Positions 13,081 through 26,531 of a stretch of DNA of 64,000 nt are shown here, piece by piece. How positions within the stretch are numbered: position 1 is the first letter of the stretch; each line of letters starts with the position of its first letter. The notes beneath the pieces are model-generated. The model saw only the letters and a program-made list of their open reading frames with translations. It searched no databases and was not told where the DNA came from. Position numbers and translations under genes: made by a program. The stretch comes from Phoronis australis (Eukaryota; Animalia; Phoronida), in NCBI GenBank assembly GCA_002633005.1, contig NMRA01000354.1, positions 325,876 through 389,875 on the forward strand, in the 5' to 3' direction.

Positions 13081-13321
13081 TCAGTGGCAGATCTACGTTT
13101 TCAGTAAGCGGGGGTTTAGGATTCGCGCAAATCCGAGGCGCGAAGGGCCGAGTGGGGATCGGTCCAGAGGGGGTTTCCTCCTTCCCGTGCAAGATTTGTC
13201 TTTGTTTTTCTTTTGTAGCTGATTTCGTTTTCCTGGCCAGGTTTTTTTATTTTCCTTTTTGATACTGTCCCGGGGGGGCGGGGTTAAACCCCCAGACGGC
13301 CCTTCCTGTAGATTCGCCTCT
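13081..13321. mobile_element. MITE (CAGTGGCAGATCTAC...GTAGATTCGCCTCT termini)
   Basis: Imperfect terminal inverted repeats with G-rich internal tracts. Confidence 0.55.
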
Positions 13322-13692
13322 ATTTTTATGGAATTCAACCATGGAATTATTCAACATAGTCCGACCATTTTGCTTTGTTTGTGCTATAAAATGGGAAAGT
13401 CAAGTCATTGGGCCTGATCACTCAGTAGCAATAGCTCAGAAATCAATCATAACAAAGCCCAGACACAAAAACAACGGCCGTCACAAACCATATCGGCTGT
13501 TCACAACCTTGACGTACTAGGCGGTAGCAAATAAAGCTTTGAAATTCATAATTAAGAAAGCAGGTGACAGTGATGAACCGTAACATTCAATGTAGTCCTA
13601 CAGCAACTCTAACGTAATCTAGTGTTGCCCTTGTCATAGGCTTTCAAGCAGTTTTCTGCAAAAAAGTAGGGAAAAAGTGGGACACATTTTCA

Positions 13693-15228
13693 AACAAGAG
13701 CAACGCAGAGCGTTTAAATGCGCCCACAATTGCATCGTATACGGTATCCTTCTAGGGTTGTTTATAGGTACCATAAAGTGGCCAGTAGAGGGCATATATG
13801 TAGTATGTTGTACTTTGCAAAATGGAAAGGCATAGTCATTGTCTCCTCAATAGGCTAGGTTTCAAAATGTGAGTGATCTTCATAATACAAGCACATCCTA
13901 TGCATCAGTTGCTTAAAGCACCACAGACACATAGAATTAAAAACAAATTTACCAACATACGAGATTAGCACAGCATTAGAATGCCAGAAACAAATTTCTA
14001 CTTGGAACTTTTCCTTCATAGTCACGACGTAACACAAAGTATACACCTGAAGACCTATGAAAATACAGAGGTCAATGTGAAATATTTAAATTGCCACTAG
14101 AGGCATACCGGTAGTCAGAATCATCCTAAAGTCGTCATCGTCCGTTGTCAACATCACATAAATACACTTGCTAAATTTAGTAAAGATCCTGCAAACGGTT
14201 TGGGAGATACAGCCATGGGCGCAAAAAAACAAAACTGCCACTAGGAGGCGCCACAGTAGTCCAAATCGTCTGAAAATCATTGTCAGCTGTCTTCCTTATA
14301 GTAAGCACATACACGCCAATTTTCACAATCATCCTTTGAGCGGTTTGGTTGATAGAGGGGTGGACGCAAAAATACAGACTCGAAAACAGTAAAAATGGCC
14401 ACTAGGTGGCGCAAACTACGTCGAATCCATCTGAAAACAGTAGGATAGCGTCATCTCACTAATAGGTGCCTACATACCAAATTTCATGAAAATCCGTTCA
14501 ATACTTTTGAAGATACAAAGGTAAGCGTAAAAAACTAAAATTGCCACTAGGGGGCACACCGGTAGTCGGATCCGACCAAAAGTCGTCATCTTCCGTTGTT
14601 AACATCATATAAATATACTTACACAATTTGTAAAGATCCTGCGAACGGTATAGGAGATACAGCCATAGGCGAAAAAAAACAAAACTGCCACTAGGAGGCG
14701 CCACAGTAGTCGAAATCGTCGGAAAATCATCGTCAACCATCCTCTACATAGTAAGCATATACATGCCAATTTTCACAATCATCCTTTGAGCGGTTTGGTT
14801 GATAGAGGGGTTGACGCACAAAAACACACTCGAAAACACTAAAAATGGCCACTAGGTGGCGCAAACTATGTCGAATCCATCTGAAAACGGGAGGATAGCG
14901 TCATCTCACTAATAAGTGCCTACATACCAAATTTCATGAAAATCCGTTCTGGACTTTTGAAGATACAAAGGTAAGCGTAAAACACTAAAATTGCCACTAG
15001 GGGGCACACCGGTAGTCGGATCCATCCGAAAGTTCGCACATGCCGTCCCATTTATGAATGGAACATATGTGCCAAATTTCATGAACATATGTCCAAGGGT
15101 TTTGGAGATAGAGCAGCGGACGCCGGACGCCGGACGCCGGACGCCGTACGCCGGACGGACGCCGCCCGTACGGACGGACGGAGATGACGGCATAATGCGT
15201 CCACATATAAATATGTGGGCGCATAAAA
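13693..15228 (+). mobile_element. Non-autonomous Helentron-like (HINE-type) element with internal tandem array
   Basis: Starts AACAAGAG. Sub-terminal ATGCGCCCACA (13718-13728) is inverted to TGTGGGCGCAT (15214-15224). A 3' hairpin ATGCGTCCACATAT-AA-ATATGTGGGCGCAT, a GGAC/GGACGCC microsatellite (15117-15181) and a central 450-bp tandem repeat complete the known HINE layout. Confidence 0.75.
14091..15030 (+). repeat. 450-bp higher-order tandem repeat of three diverged subunits (144/161/145 bp)
   Basis: CCACTAG cores at 14094, 14238, 14399, 14544, 14688, 14849 and 14994. Subunits three apart are near-identical. Confidence 0.9.
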
Positions 15229-15426
15229 AGTAGGAAAAAGTAGGAACTGTGAAGTGAAAAGTAGGAACAAGAGCAGGCATTCAGGAGTAGTTTTCATCGA
15301 TACTTACCGATGACGTTCACCTCATCGACATGTAACAGGCAGTTTTCACCATTAGTTGAAGAGCCAACAGGACCTTATTCACACTTTGAGTGAAAAAGCT
15401 TTTACTGAGTAATTCTATTACACATC

Positions 15427-18131
15427 ACCTACCATTGAAGGAAAGGGGCTTTGGTCCCTGGGAGGACCCAAAATCCATTTAATTAAAATCCTGAGTGCAA
15501 CATCCGTTTTAAGTTTATTTTCATTGAAATCACCACTCAAATTAAAATGATGCAACTTAAAAAAGGAAATGCCTAGAGTTATTAACTAAAAGGCTTACTA
15601 ATTAACGGCCAATTAACGATTTAATTAAAATTTTAGGTGCAACAAAGTCTTTTTCCAAAAGATAGCTTAGACATCATATCCTCAAGTTGACGCGTTTTTT
15701 CCTGGCGTTTGGAGATAAGGTGGGGGTGTTTGGATCCCAAGGGATAAGAAGACCCTTAAAAATGGACTAATAAAAGAGGATACTAAATTTTTGATTACTA
15801 CTATGGTTAACACATTATTTCAAATGAACAAAAATGCAAGTTATGACCGGAAAATTTCTTGTGTAATTTATAAAGACACTTGTTAATTAACGAACAATTA
15901 ACGATTTCTTTAAGCTTTTAAAGTCAACAAAAATCTTGTAATTCTGAGCACCATATCCACACCTTAGGACTGGATTTTACCTGGGGTTTGCAGATAAGAC
16001 GTGGGTGTTTTGATCCGAAGGAATAAGAAGACCCCAAAACTGAACTTGTATAAAGGATGAAATACGACAATTTTGATTACTACTATGGATAAAACATATT
16101 ATTTCAAATATATCTGACGACATGACCAATTTACTCTCAAATACAACAAAAATGGATCAAAACGTATTAAGTTAAGAAACATCTGGGGTAATTAAATAAG
16201 CTGGCTTCAAATTAAAGCTGAGCTGCTTGAGACATATCTAGTGGCAACAACTGTGATGCATGACATAGTTTATTGTTCCATGTGTTAAAACTGAAATGCA
16301 AAAGGCAATAATAATTAACTCTGCTGTAATTTAACTGCAAATATCTAAGTCGTGATTGTCGTCACTCTCTTCATCAGATGATTCCATTTTTTTAGTAGAG
16401 GATCACGATATTCGTCTTCATTGCTGTCCATATCATCATCTCTCTCACCATCGCCATCATTATCGTCTGGCTCCATTTCGACTTAAACCTCTGGAATAAG
16501 CGCAATGGGCATCTGTTCTCCACTGAATCAAATGATGCGAAATTCGTGGTCAACATTTCATAACCATTGGTGGGTATTATGTCCAAGATTTGGAAGTTAG
16601 CCCAACCCCATAGTCAAGGAACAAATGTGGTAGTTCAGCTTCACACGGTGGAATGCTACTGCCCTCCATGCTTTTAAGCTTCTCAAAAGGGTGATTAGCG
16701 TTGACTTTCGTTCGTAGGTTTTGTCAACTATGTTGAACCAGTGCTTGTAGAGTTTGACAAGTTTCCTTTGCTCCGCACAACACACAAACAAAATCCGGCC
16801 AGATTTTGATGACTTTTTCTGTTGGGACTTCACGGCTCACTGAAGCAAAAGCTCTCTGGAACTTATCACTTTTTGCCACGATTGCATATGGTCAATTCCT
16901 TCCTTTCCTCACAAATGCACGGGAATAGTCATATCCAGTGGACGCGTGTAGGTCGAGACTGAGTGCAGCACAGATAGCTTGGCTTATCACAGTATCAATC
17001 TTAGTTAAGTTCAAAGAACGAAGATCAACTTTTCTTATAGTCCCAACCTCCATCCACACCGTGGATGTAACTCAATGGACATAGTGTAGGAGCAAAACTG
17101 GAATGTCGGTGTCAGAAGCTCTTATGACCATGTCGCCAGTTGTGGACTTGTCTGCCTCACTCATGTGAAGGATGACTCTGGTGTCGGCTTCCGAGTGATT
17201 ACAATTTGGTGATGGAACTGATTCTGTGCATACTCCTCCGTCTTCAATAAAGTCACCGAATGCACTCTCCCATCACCCGGGCCGATATACACCTCCCCTC
17301 CATCTAGAAGTGGACTGTAGAAGTTGCTCGACCAATCCTTGGTGAGTAAGACAGGTAGCTCTAGTTTGAATGACTCCCTCTCGAGTTGTTTCGTGAAGCT
17401 TGAGTCTCATATCTGTTAAGATCCTTCAAAAACAAGTTCCCACCTACAACAGGGTCTTAGTGTCCCTCGGGGTACAAACACCCCCTGTCTTACCTACTAA
17501 CCCCAGGAAAAATTGCAAACGGGGTCTTGTCCCTCGGGGTACAAACACCCCCCTTTGTATTATCAACTAAACCCGGGAAAATTGCGTATTCAGATGTGGT
17601 TATGGTGTCCAAGGTTGCTAAATTATCTTCTTTTTTGTTGCACTTCGGGCTTAAATAAATTGTTAATTGGTTGTTAATTAATTTGCCTTAATTAATAACT
17701 AGGATTTTTTATGTCTTACGTTGTATTTTTGTTCATTTCAAATGTTTTATCCATAGCAGAAATCAAGTTCATTTTTGGGGGTCTTGTTATTCCTTAGGGT
17801 CCAAACACCCTGTCTTACCTGCAAAATCCATGAAAAATCACATCTTAAGTTGTGGACATGGTGTTCTGAGTTACTAAACTATCTTTTGGAAAAAGTTTTT
17901 GTTAAACTTATAAATAGTGAATAGGTCATTAATTAGTAGGCGTTTTAATCAATAACCTCAGTCTTAAGTTTCATCATTTTTTATATTTGAGTGGTGAATG
18001 AAATAAACTTGAAACGGATGTTGCACTCGAAATTTTAATGAAATGGATGATTGGGCCCTCTTTTGTACCCCCCAGGGACCAAAGCCCAGGATTAAGATGC
18101 CCTTTCTTTCAACTGTTATTCAATGGTAGGT
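15427..18131 (-). mobile_element. Deleted DNA transposon with long TIRs and XPG/FEN1-like nuclease remnant (Academ/AcademX-like)
   Basis: Inverted repeats several hundred bp long: ACCTACCATTGAA..GAGTGCAACATCCGTTT.. on the left versus ..AAACGGATGTTGCACTC..TTCAATGGTAGGT on the right. The internal - strand reads CNHSEADTRVILH..VIRASDTDIPVLLLH..*..LHASTGYDYSRAFVRKG, matching the HEEADT / SxDTD / HAFTGCD PIN-H3TH motifs, with stops. Confidence 0.75.
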
Positions 18132-18762
18132 ATTTTACAATAGAATTACGCACTCAAACCTTTTGTACTCAAAAATGTGAATGAAGTCCTATTGGCTCTC
18201 CAACTACACAGTCTTTTGGTAGCATTGTTTGTGCTTGAGGTCCTTCGTGTGCTGCTTCTGATAAGCTTAAAACGACCACTCACTCCTCCAAAAGCATACC
18301 TTAAACCGAAATAGAGCAATGAGAAAAAAAGTAGGAAAAAGTAGGAAATATTAGGAATTTCAGAAAAGAGTAGGATAAAGTAGGAACAGGCCAAAAAGTA
18401 GGAAAAAGTAGGAAGGTTTGATGAGCCTGTCTTTAGGGAAAAGTTACTGGTTTCGTTTCACTTAAGAATGCGCCTCTGTGTACGTCAAGCTGCCAAGCCA
18501 CGGAATCAGGAGCTATGCCTATTTCAAACTTTGTTGGCATTACTTAAACAGAAAATGAAGTGTCGAAATATACATTCCCTCGCTATGCAGGATCAGGACC
18601 ACCACTTCACACTCACCTTTTCGTGAAATCTACAACATATGAGAAGATACTCAAAAAATTATGTTCGCCTCCCGAGCGTTTTCCCTCAACCGTAAACCAA
18701 CCCTTTCGTTATGCAAATACGTGGCAACTCTTAGTCAGTTGACCTTTGCCAGGGTTCCTTAT

Positions 18763-20262
18763 CAGTCATAATAAATGACCTTATATCGCCTATACACGGT
18801 CTCCTTTGTATCTCTGGTAACGGAGCTTGCGACGCACCTATTATTTTCGGGACATATTCCGAGCATAATATTTATGCGAGAATATGGACTCGTCCCTCTT
18901 ATACCCCCATCTGTCGGACTGGTCCAATAACCCCTTGTGTAGATTCGCATGCGGTCCTCCTGCAGAATGGTGAATGTTGGCCAAATCCCCTTTTGTCCAC
19001 TGACGTCATAAGCATGCTGGCGCCCCCCAATGGAGGTTAGGAGACTTTGCACTGGTAGCCTGCCCTTGTAGAATCTGCAGTTCGTTTACACAAGTAGACC
19101 GGGATCCCAGAGCTATTTTGGGCATGAAAAGGTAACCAATTTTCTTTGCTGCCACAGTGCTCTATGGGTATCCTGATGCTTGGAAATGGCCGTCTGGCAG
19201 GTTCACTTTGGTGGGTGTGGTCAGGGGAGCCAAGAGAATGGCACTCGNTGAATGGAATTATTTTCGGATTTTTAGGCAAACCTTTCGCAAATGCGACTCG
19301 CCGACTTAGAATGAACAAAACATACCATTTTGGTCGACATAACTTTCAATATTTTAATATGAAAAACAGAATAACCGAATGCTCGGCCACATTCAACTCA
19401 CAGGCAGCAGACGTCTTATCACTGCCGTAAATCATGAGAAGCTCAAACGTAAGTTTTACATAACCTCTGCATACTTAAGTATCGTGGCCATTCGTAGTAG
19501 GCCCCAGTACCCGCGGACGCAGGACTCAGTTCATACACTCAACCGAGCAAAATTATTTATCATGCCGCAACCTCAGAATTCACTATGTAACATACCACAA
19601 AAGCATTCTTAATTCTTAGATTTTGAGGATTGACGAAAGTCACGATACATAGAATTATCCGCAAATCTGTGACTTGTCTGATGCTACTTGGTCCGTATTG
19701 ATAGACTAAATCAGTGTTTAACTCGGTTTACGAGTTCTCATGGCCTCCACTGGGGGCGCCAGCATGCGTGTGACGTCAGTGGACAAAAGGGGATTTGGCC
19801 AACATTCACCATTCTGCATTTCGCGGTCCTCCTGCACTCAAGGCACTAGGACATTCCATTTCCAGCCTCACTATTGGTTCGTTTGTATTACTGCCACGAG
19901 TTTGGTCAGCTCCTGGCTCCCATAGACTGATGATTGTCACGTGTCATAGGGCTCCTTTGTTCTCAAGAAAGTTATATTTCCTGCCATCTGTAGTTCGCTT
20001 TGCAGCACTTAGGTTCGAGCTAATCTCTCTTCATTTTTCCCACCCTCTACCACCCTCTACTTTGGGTAGTTCCTCTTACCTGAGTGCTGGCGCTTTTTAT
20101 TGCCCATCTTTCCAGAGATTATTATTTTATCTTTATGTTATTTGTACACTCATATTTCTGTACCTTATCAGCCATAATAAATTACCTTATATCGCCTATA
20201 CACGGTCTTTTTTGTATCTCTGGAAACGGAGCTTGCGACGCACCTATTATTTTCAGGACATA
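18763..20262. repeat. Composite dispersed repeat: two direct copies of a ~95-bp end motif plus an internal inverted pair
   Basis: CAGTCATAATAAATGACCTTATATCGCCTATACACGG.. occurs at 18763 and 20169. 18961-19037 is inverted to 19744-19818. Confidence 0.7.
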
Positions 20263-23200
20263 AAACCCTTGTTTTCGATATAATATATTACTGCGCATGC
20301 CCAACATTCGCTTCCCATCAACCGCGGGAAATATTGCTTTGCAGTCGAGGTTTGTGAGTCCTCCAGGTAGGTGTTTTTCTTCGAGTTCTTGGTCGATTTT
20401 TGGTTTCGTGTCTGTTGCTATGGCTAAGCGAAAGTATACTGTGTATGACGTGAAGAGGTTCTTGGACGTTGGTATTGATCCACCATCTCTCAAAAATGAC
20501 AGGACAGCCTTAGTTCGGGTCATACTGCAAGAGTTTTGTTTGGCTTTGGGTAAGTTGTGATGACCTTTCACTTTTTATTATAGTCATGTTAACGGTTAAT
20601 GCTTTTTAAGTTTTAATTTGGTTTCTTTATGTAATGATTAGATTACAGTATTTAACCACATTTGTCTCTTTATCAGGTGTCTGCTGCTAGCATTTCGATT
20701 GCCAGCTTTTCATTTCTCTCTACTCAGGGGATGGTCAACAGTCATTTGCTGGTTTACCTGCTCGTTATAGGGCACATTACATCAAAATATGCAAGATATT
20801 AGGTAAGTAGGCTTTAGTAAGGTGGGGGTAGGGGTGGTGTGCTCGTTGATTTCGTGTGAATTTCATTCAGGAAGTCTTTGAATTTATAGTCCGTATAACC
20901 TATCGTCGTCAGGCTCCAAAGGTCGTCCGCCATCTTGTTTCGCGTGCAGCGCAACCACGCGGGACTTAGCGTTCCAATTTGGAGTGCTCGTCTGCACGTT
21001 AGGTACAAACATCTCGGGAGAAACACGCATGGAAGAACTGAGACTAAAATTAGTGCATTTACCGACTGTTTTTTTTAGACCACTTAAAAACTTGTCGATT
21101 TTACTAATGCACTTTTTTGTTCATTTTCAGAAGATATTTTCGAAATTAAATTTTCTTCAGACGGAACAAAAAGCAACTCAGGGATTGTCTATGCAATGTA
21201 TCTATTTGTCCCAGGCACTAACCGACACCTTTTAGGCCAAAGGAAAAACGCAGCAGACAAATGGAACACGCTGGGTGCTTAACAGTTTCGACCCACGCCT
21301 TGGTCATCAAAACATTGTCCACTTGTTTTTTATTGCAAAACACAGTACTGAGCTCGACATTTATGTTGACATTTTTGATTAAAGCATTTTGAATTTATTT
21401 GAAGAAAATTAAAATACTTGAATTGATAGAGAATGGCCACCAATAAAGTAAAACATTGACTTTATTTCACTATATTGCATTGTTACATACAACACAGCAT
21501 GACATAATCAAAAATAAAAGAAGAGATTGAGCAATAAAATTCAAATGCGACTTGGGTATTTATTTATTTATTTATGATTGCATAAGCCTGTTAAAGATGA
21601 GAAAAAATCAAACAATACGATTATGGGTAATTTATTAGAACAATTGTATTGAGGTTCAATGATCAACTTGCGCCGACAAAGTCTCAAAGGGTTATAGTTC
21701 TGTTCTGGCTGACAAGGTGTTAACAGAGAATGAAGAGAAACTGAAAAGAAAAAGTAAGACAGCAAAGATAAGTGGTGTTAAGTACAACAAGAGCAAAAAG
21801 TCAAATAAAGAGGTCACAAACAGAAATAAGTAAGGTATATCTGGAATAAAACAATCCAGGGCTCAGCCGTGATTTATTTTCCAGAACTGAAATTCTAAAT
21901 CAATTTTAATCGATTTAAAAATCGATATCATACTAGTAAAGCAGTTTGTGGCTGAAGTAGAATTGCTGTATACCACTTTCCACTATTTTCTTGGCCTTTT
22001 TCTGTGTGGTTTGCTGTTCTTTCAAAAGGCGGCAGCATATGACGACCATAGGTGTCATTATAAAATGGCTGCCGAAAAGCAATGCACAGTTGAACAACTC
22101 GGCATAAGTAAAAGAAAACGTTTGAATCAACGAATGCTATATATTTGTGAGAGTTAAATCAAATCCTATTCAGATCATAACTTTGAAGTGGAATGATTGG
22201 GTGAGTACGACAACAAGCCGGTTTTATGCTTAGGCGGACGACCATTGGGTTCCCGAGTATACTACCTTCATCTTCATGTTATCAACATAGCCGTTGGTAC
22301 TGGTCAATGATTCTTGACAACCAATGCAGTAGTACATGCTCTTGGTTTAAGAAACGAGAGTATTTTTGAGAGCATGTGTGTTTTTGTGTATTTTAGCTTT
22401 GTATATACTACAGTTGACGAATGCATTTTCATAACTATGTACCCTGAGTAAGAAATTGTTTCATTGAACACCCAGATCTTTTCACTGCTGCAAGTGCAGT
22501 CTACCAATCAAACACTTTAAAGAATTGTGGAAGTTGGTGGTCAAATCACTATACGTATGAAACTGTTTAAAAGCCAAATTTAAGTAAGTGAGAAATTAAC
22601 CAAATGAACATATAAATTGACACGCTGAAAAGGTGTGAATTTTTTACTATGCTTGAAGCGTATTAAAAGTCTTCAGATGTATTGTCCAAATTACTGAAAT
22701 GCATTTTTCATGGTGTGCAAGTCTGGTTATGCAATGACAAGTTTAGGGCGGTTGGTTGTCTAATATAGCTTATGTGTGAGTGGTCAGAAAGAATGGCTTC
22801 GACTCATCATTTATCAATACTTGAACTCTGTGCTAGTGTAACATTGGCAGACAATTTGAATAGATATTAAGCAACCATTTTATTCCCTGTTTTGTTCACT
22901 CAGATTAATCACGCAATTTAGTTAGAGGAATGATCGCCCAATCACTTCACTGCTAATTTCATGTGAGGTGATCTGGTCATGAGAAAAAAACTTCATACTC
23001 AGGTTTCTTTGCAGGGGCCCCAGCTCCACAAGAACCCAACTCTGCAGTCATCTTTGTATGCTAAGGACACCAAGATAGCATAGGAGGTCTCACGATTCCA
23101 TCACCAATTCAGCTTCTCGTCATTTTCATGTTGTCTCATCATTTTGTCACTGGTAAGAACTCAAATTCCAAATTCATCCTCTTTAAAATGATCAGAGTTG

Positions 23201-26200
23201 ATGTTCACAACTAGTTGTAATATTTCATGAATTTTTCATTTACATTGACTTCTACATCAACATATGTACAGGCGAGGTCCAGATATCTTGGCCACTGTTA
23301 TGCGCAACACTAAGCCAGAGGTGTCTGAACTGAATTACGGTCAGCGATATTCATTGTAATTGTATTTATATTTGGAAATAATGCAATGCATCCGACTAGA
23401 GTACAATTTTTCTGGTTGTAATGACGTCATTAGGGAGGGGTATATCATGATAGCGCGTGGGGGAGGAGTTTAAAAGTGGTGACTTTGTTGTTCATTCTAA
23501 TTATCTATAATTTCCAGGCATTGAAGAAAAGCCAGCTTGAAAAGACTATGATGGACAGAATGTATTCCAACGTGACGTTTTTTACTGACGGTTACTTTGA
23601 TCCTATGTTGCTAAGTTCTGTAGTGAACTCTGAGCTGTTGTTTTGGTTAGAAAAAGTAAATTTGCATCAAATATTTATTTTGGCTATCATGCATAATCGA
23701 GTTACTGATCAATCTATTTATATCTCATGACTTGCAATATACACCAATGAGGTATTTTCTACACAGCGTCACAGTTGTACTTTACAAATTGTGGATGATT
23801 TTGCTATAAATTTGTATCAGATTATTACCATATGAAGTGTTATCTTTTTGGCTACTATGCTTATTCAAGTATGAGATCAGTCTGTTCATTCTGTGGACTA
23901 CATGTGGCAATAGACACCTATGAGATGCGACCTAGTTGTAATTTTAGAATTGTGGTTTTGGGAACAATTTTTCCAAAAATTTTGTAGGATCCCTTGAAAC
24001 TCCTATTTGAGCTTCATGAAGTGTTAGCCAGGTTTATGCAAGTATCATACCAGTCTATTCTTATCTGTAAACTAGCAATAGACACCAATGAGATATTTTC
24101 TACAAAGTGTCCTAGTTGTGTTTTTAGAATTGTATTTTTGATAACCGTTTTGCTATTAATTGGTATCATATTACCGTATGGTATTGGAAACTCGTATTTG
24201 ACCCCTTTGAAGTGTTAGCTTTTTGATTGATACATTTTCTTGGCCACAGGTCGGGGTAACTATTCAAGTTACCAATAGCAAATGGTTGACTCTAGGATTT
24301 CAAAAAACATGAAGGGTATGTTTTGCTACAGGTTTTATATATCTAGCCAAATATGTCTGGGCAATTGTCTTGTCTCTATCGGGGAATATTCTTAATATTA
24401 AATTATAGAAGTTACCAAACATTAGCCAACGCATAGCAAATGCATTTACGGAGACATTGCTCAAGTGCAGGACTATTTCACTTATACGAATGGCCAACAG
24501 TATGGAAATGCATTTTCTGAGCCAGAGACGTGCAGGACCGCAAAATGGAAAAGGGTATTTGCTAAACGTCACCGAATGGTCACATCTGCCTCTCCGGCCC
24601 TCTGCCTCCACTAATCTTGTAAGAAATGGTGATGTTTCAGTGAATTCAACTGCAGGTTGGAAAAACTCTATAATCCAGCCCCCAAATAGTGAAGTACACT
24701 TAGAAGATTTTTGCGTTTATCTAAAATAACTCTCAAGGACATTGATGGAATTCAAACATTTCCCAAAAATATACTCACAATTCAAATGACAAAAAAGTGC
24801 TTTGATTTTTGAATTAAGTACAAGATTTTTCATTTAAACTCATAAACATGAGATCAAATTAAATCATTAAATCAAGGTAAATGCATTGCTCATGGAATCG
24901 ATTGTTCATTTCTGATTTTACATGTTTATGTATCTCGAAAAACGACTGATTGATAGATGATTTTTTGACAATTAGAAGCTAATCTTATATGAATCTTTAA
25001 TGAACTTAGTTGCAAGCTGACACTGGGAAATCTTAATATATCATCAGATTTCCAAATAGGAAAGTACACTAAACGATTTTTGTCTATCTGAAATAAGTCT
25101 CAAGAATTCTTCTGAGCGTCGGACAAGTGGTACCAAAATGTTCTCACAAAGTAAATTTTTACTAACTTAGGATCTAGATTCGTGGTTTAACTCCACAAAC
25201 CGTAGATCGAAAAAGAAATTTAGTACTGAAATAGATAAAACTAAACTCGTTGCTTATTAACTTGAAAACGTTGTCTTCGCACTAACTTGATGTTTTAAGT
25301 TTCCAAGTTATTGCGCAATTAATTTTTGTTCTTCAAGATTGAATAGTTGGCTTCTCATTCGTTTGTGAACTACATAGACAGAGCGCGTCACTAAAAATAA
25401 GGTTCTACCATGTAGTTGGCCAGGACAGAATCTAAGTGATCCGCAGGAACTGAATTTTAACTTCAAGTGTTGGAAGTGTGTGCATTTTGGACACACTCTG
25501 TATCATTTTCTCCAGCCACCACAAATTGGACTAGCGGTGATGTTTCATCAAGGGATTTTGAAGCAGCCTCACGGGATTTCCCCTTTTCAAAAAATTCCTT
25601 CAAAAGTGACCACATTAAAACGAATTTTCCCCAAAACTGTATCATAACAAAATCAATCTTGGGCCTTAAAGCCAACGCAGACTTATAGGTACGAGCTAAG
25701 CTGCCTTTCTCAAGTGAATCATAGCTGAGCTTTAGTTCACTGATTTGATATTTTCACAGTTAGGCCTGAGCTACAGATACTTGAGGCATCTCCCAGCAAC
25801 CCGTCACGTGCGCTGGCCTGAAACCCATTCTTACTCGAAGAAAAGCTTTGTTGGTTCACGGTTTACTCAAGTCCTGATGGCTGCGTTGCCGGGATTGTCC
25901 CCCCCCACCTTTAGCGGACGAAGTGGTAGAAGGGAGGGGGGGGGGTAGTTTGCCGAAGACCACTTGTTTTGCCTTCCCACGGGCCTGCTATGTTGTGCGG
26001 AGTTTGGAAGTCAACATGAATTTTGAGACGAATTTAGAGAGAATTATTGTTAGACTTTGATAGTCGCACTGGTGACCTCGTGACGACTTGGAATTTTTCC
26101 CATGTCGCCGAACACAAAAGGTCACCAAATCGAATGCTGTGTTTGAAATAATTTTACATTTCTAAGGGATATCTTCATTACTTTTAATCTGATGACACTG

Positions 26201-26531
26201 TACTGGGCACTGGACGGATGTGCGTGCCCTTCTGTCGGTTACCCCGAGCCTCACGTTTTATTTTAGATAAGCCTGCAAACAGAAATGTTTCTGATATTGG
26301 TGTTCCTGTGCCAGTTTCACTCTCTCTAGTCCGAACTTGTGGAAAACCCCTTCCCTTATGGCACAAACAACTACTTCAGTGACCAGTTAATGGAAATATA
26401 CATACGTAAATTGATCTAATCGATAGTGACATTTACCTAAATTATCGTATTACTTTATTGGTGGAAATCGTTCTTTTTATATATACTATCCAGCTTCCAT
26501 CAGCAAGTTAGTAATTAAGCGCATCAAGCCG

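Noticed and set aside
15308-15360. Upstream coding exon for PLAAT copy 1 (strong GTAAGT donor on - strand)
   Set aside because: The phase needed to join the 12482 exon in frame contains a stop. It could only be a 5' UTR exon, and the link is unproven.
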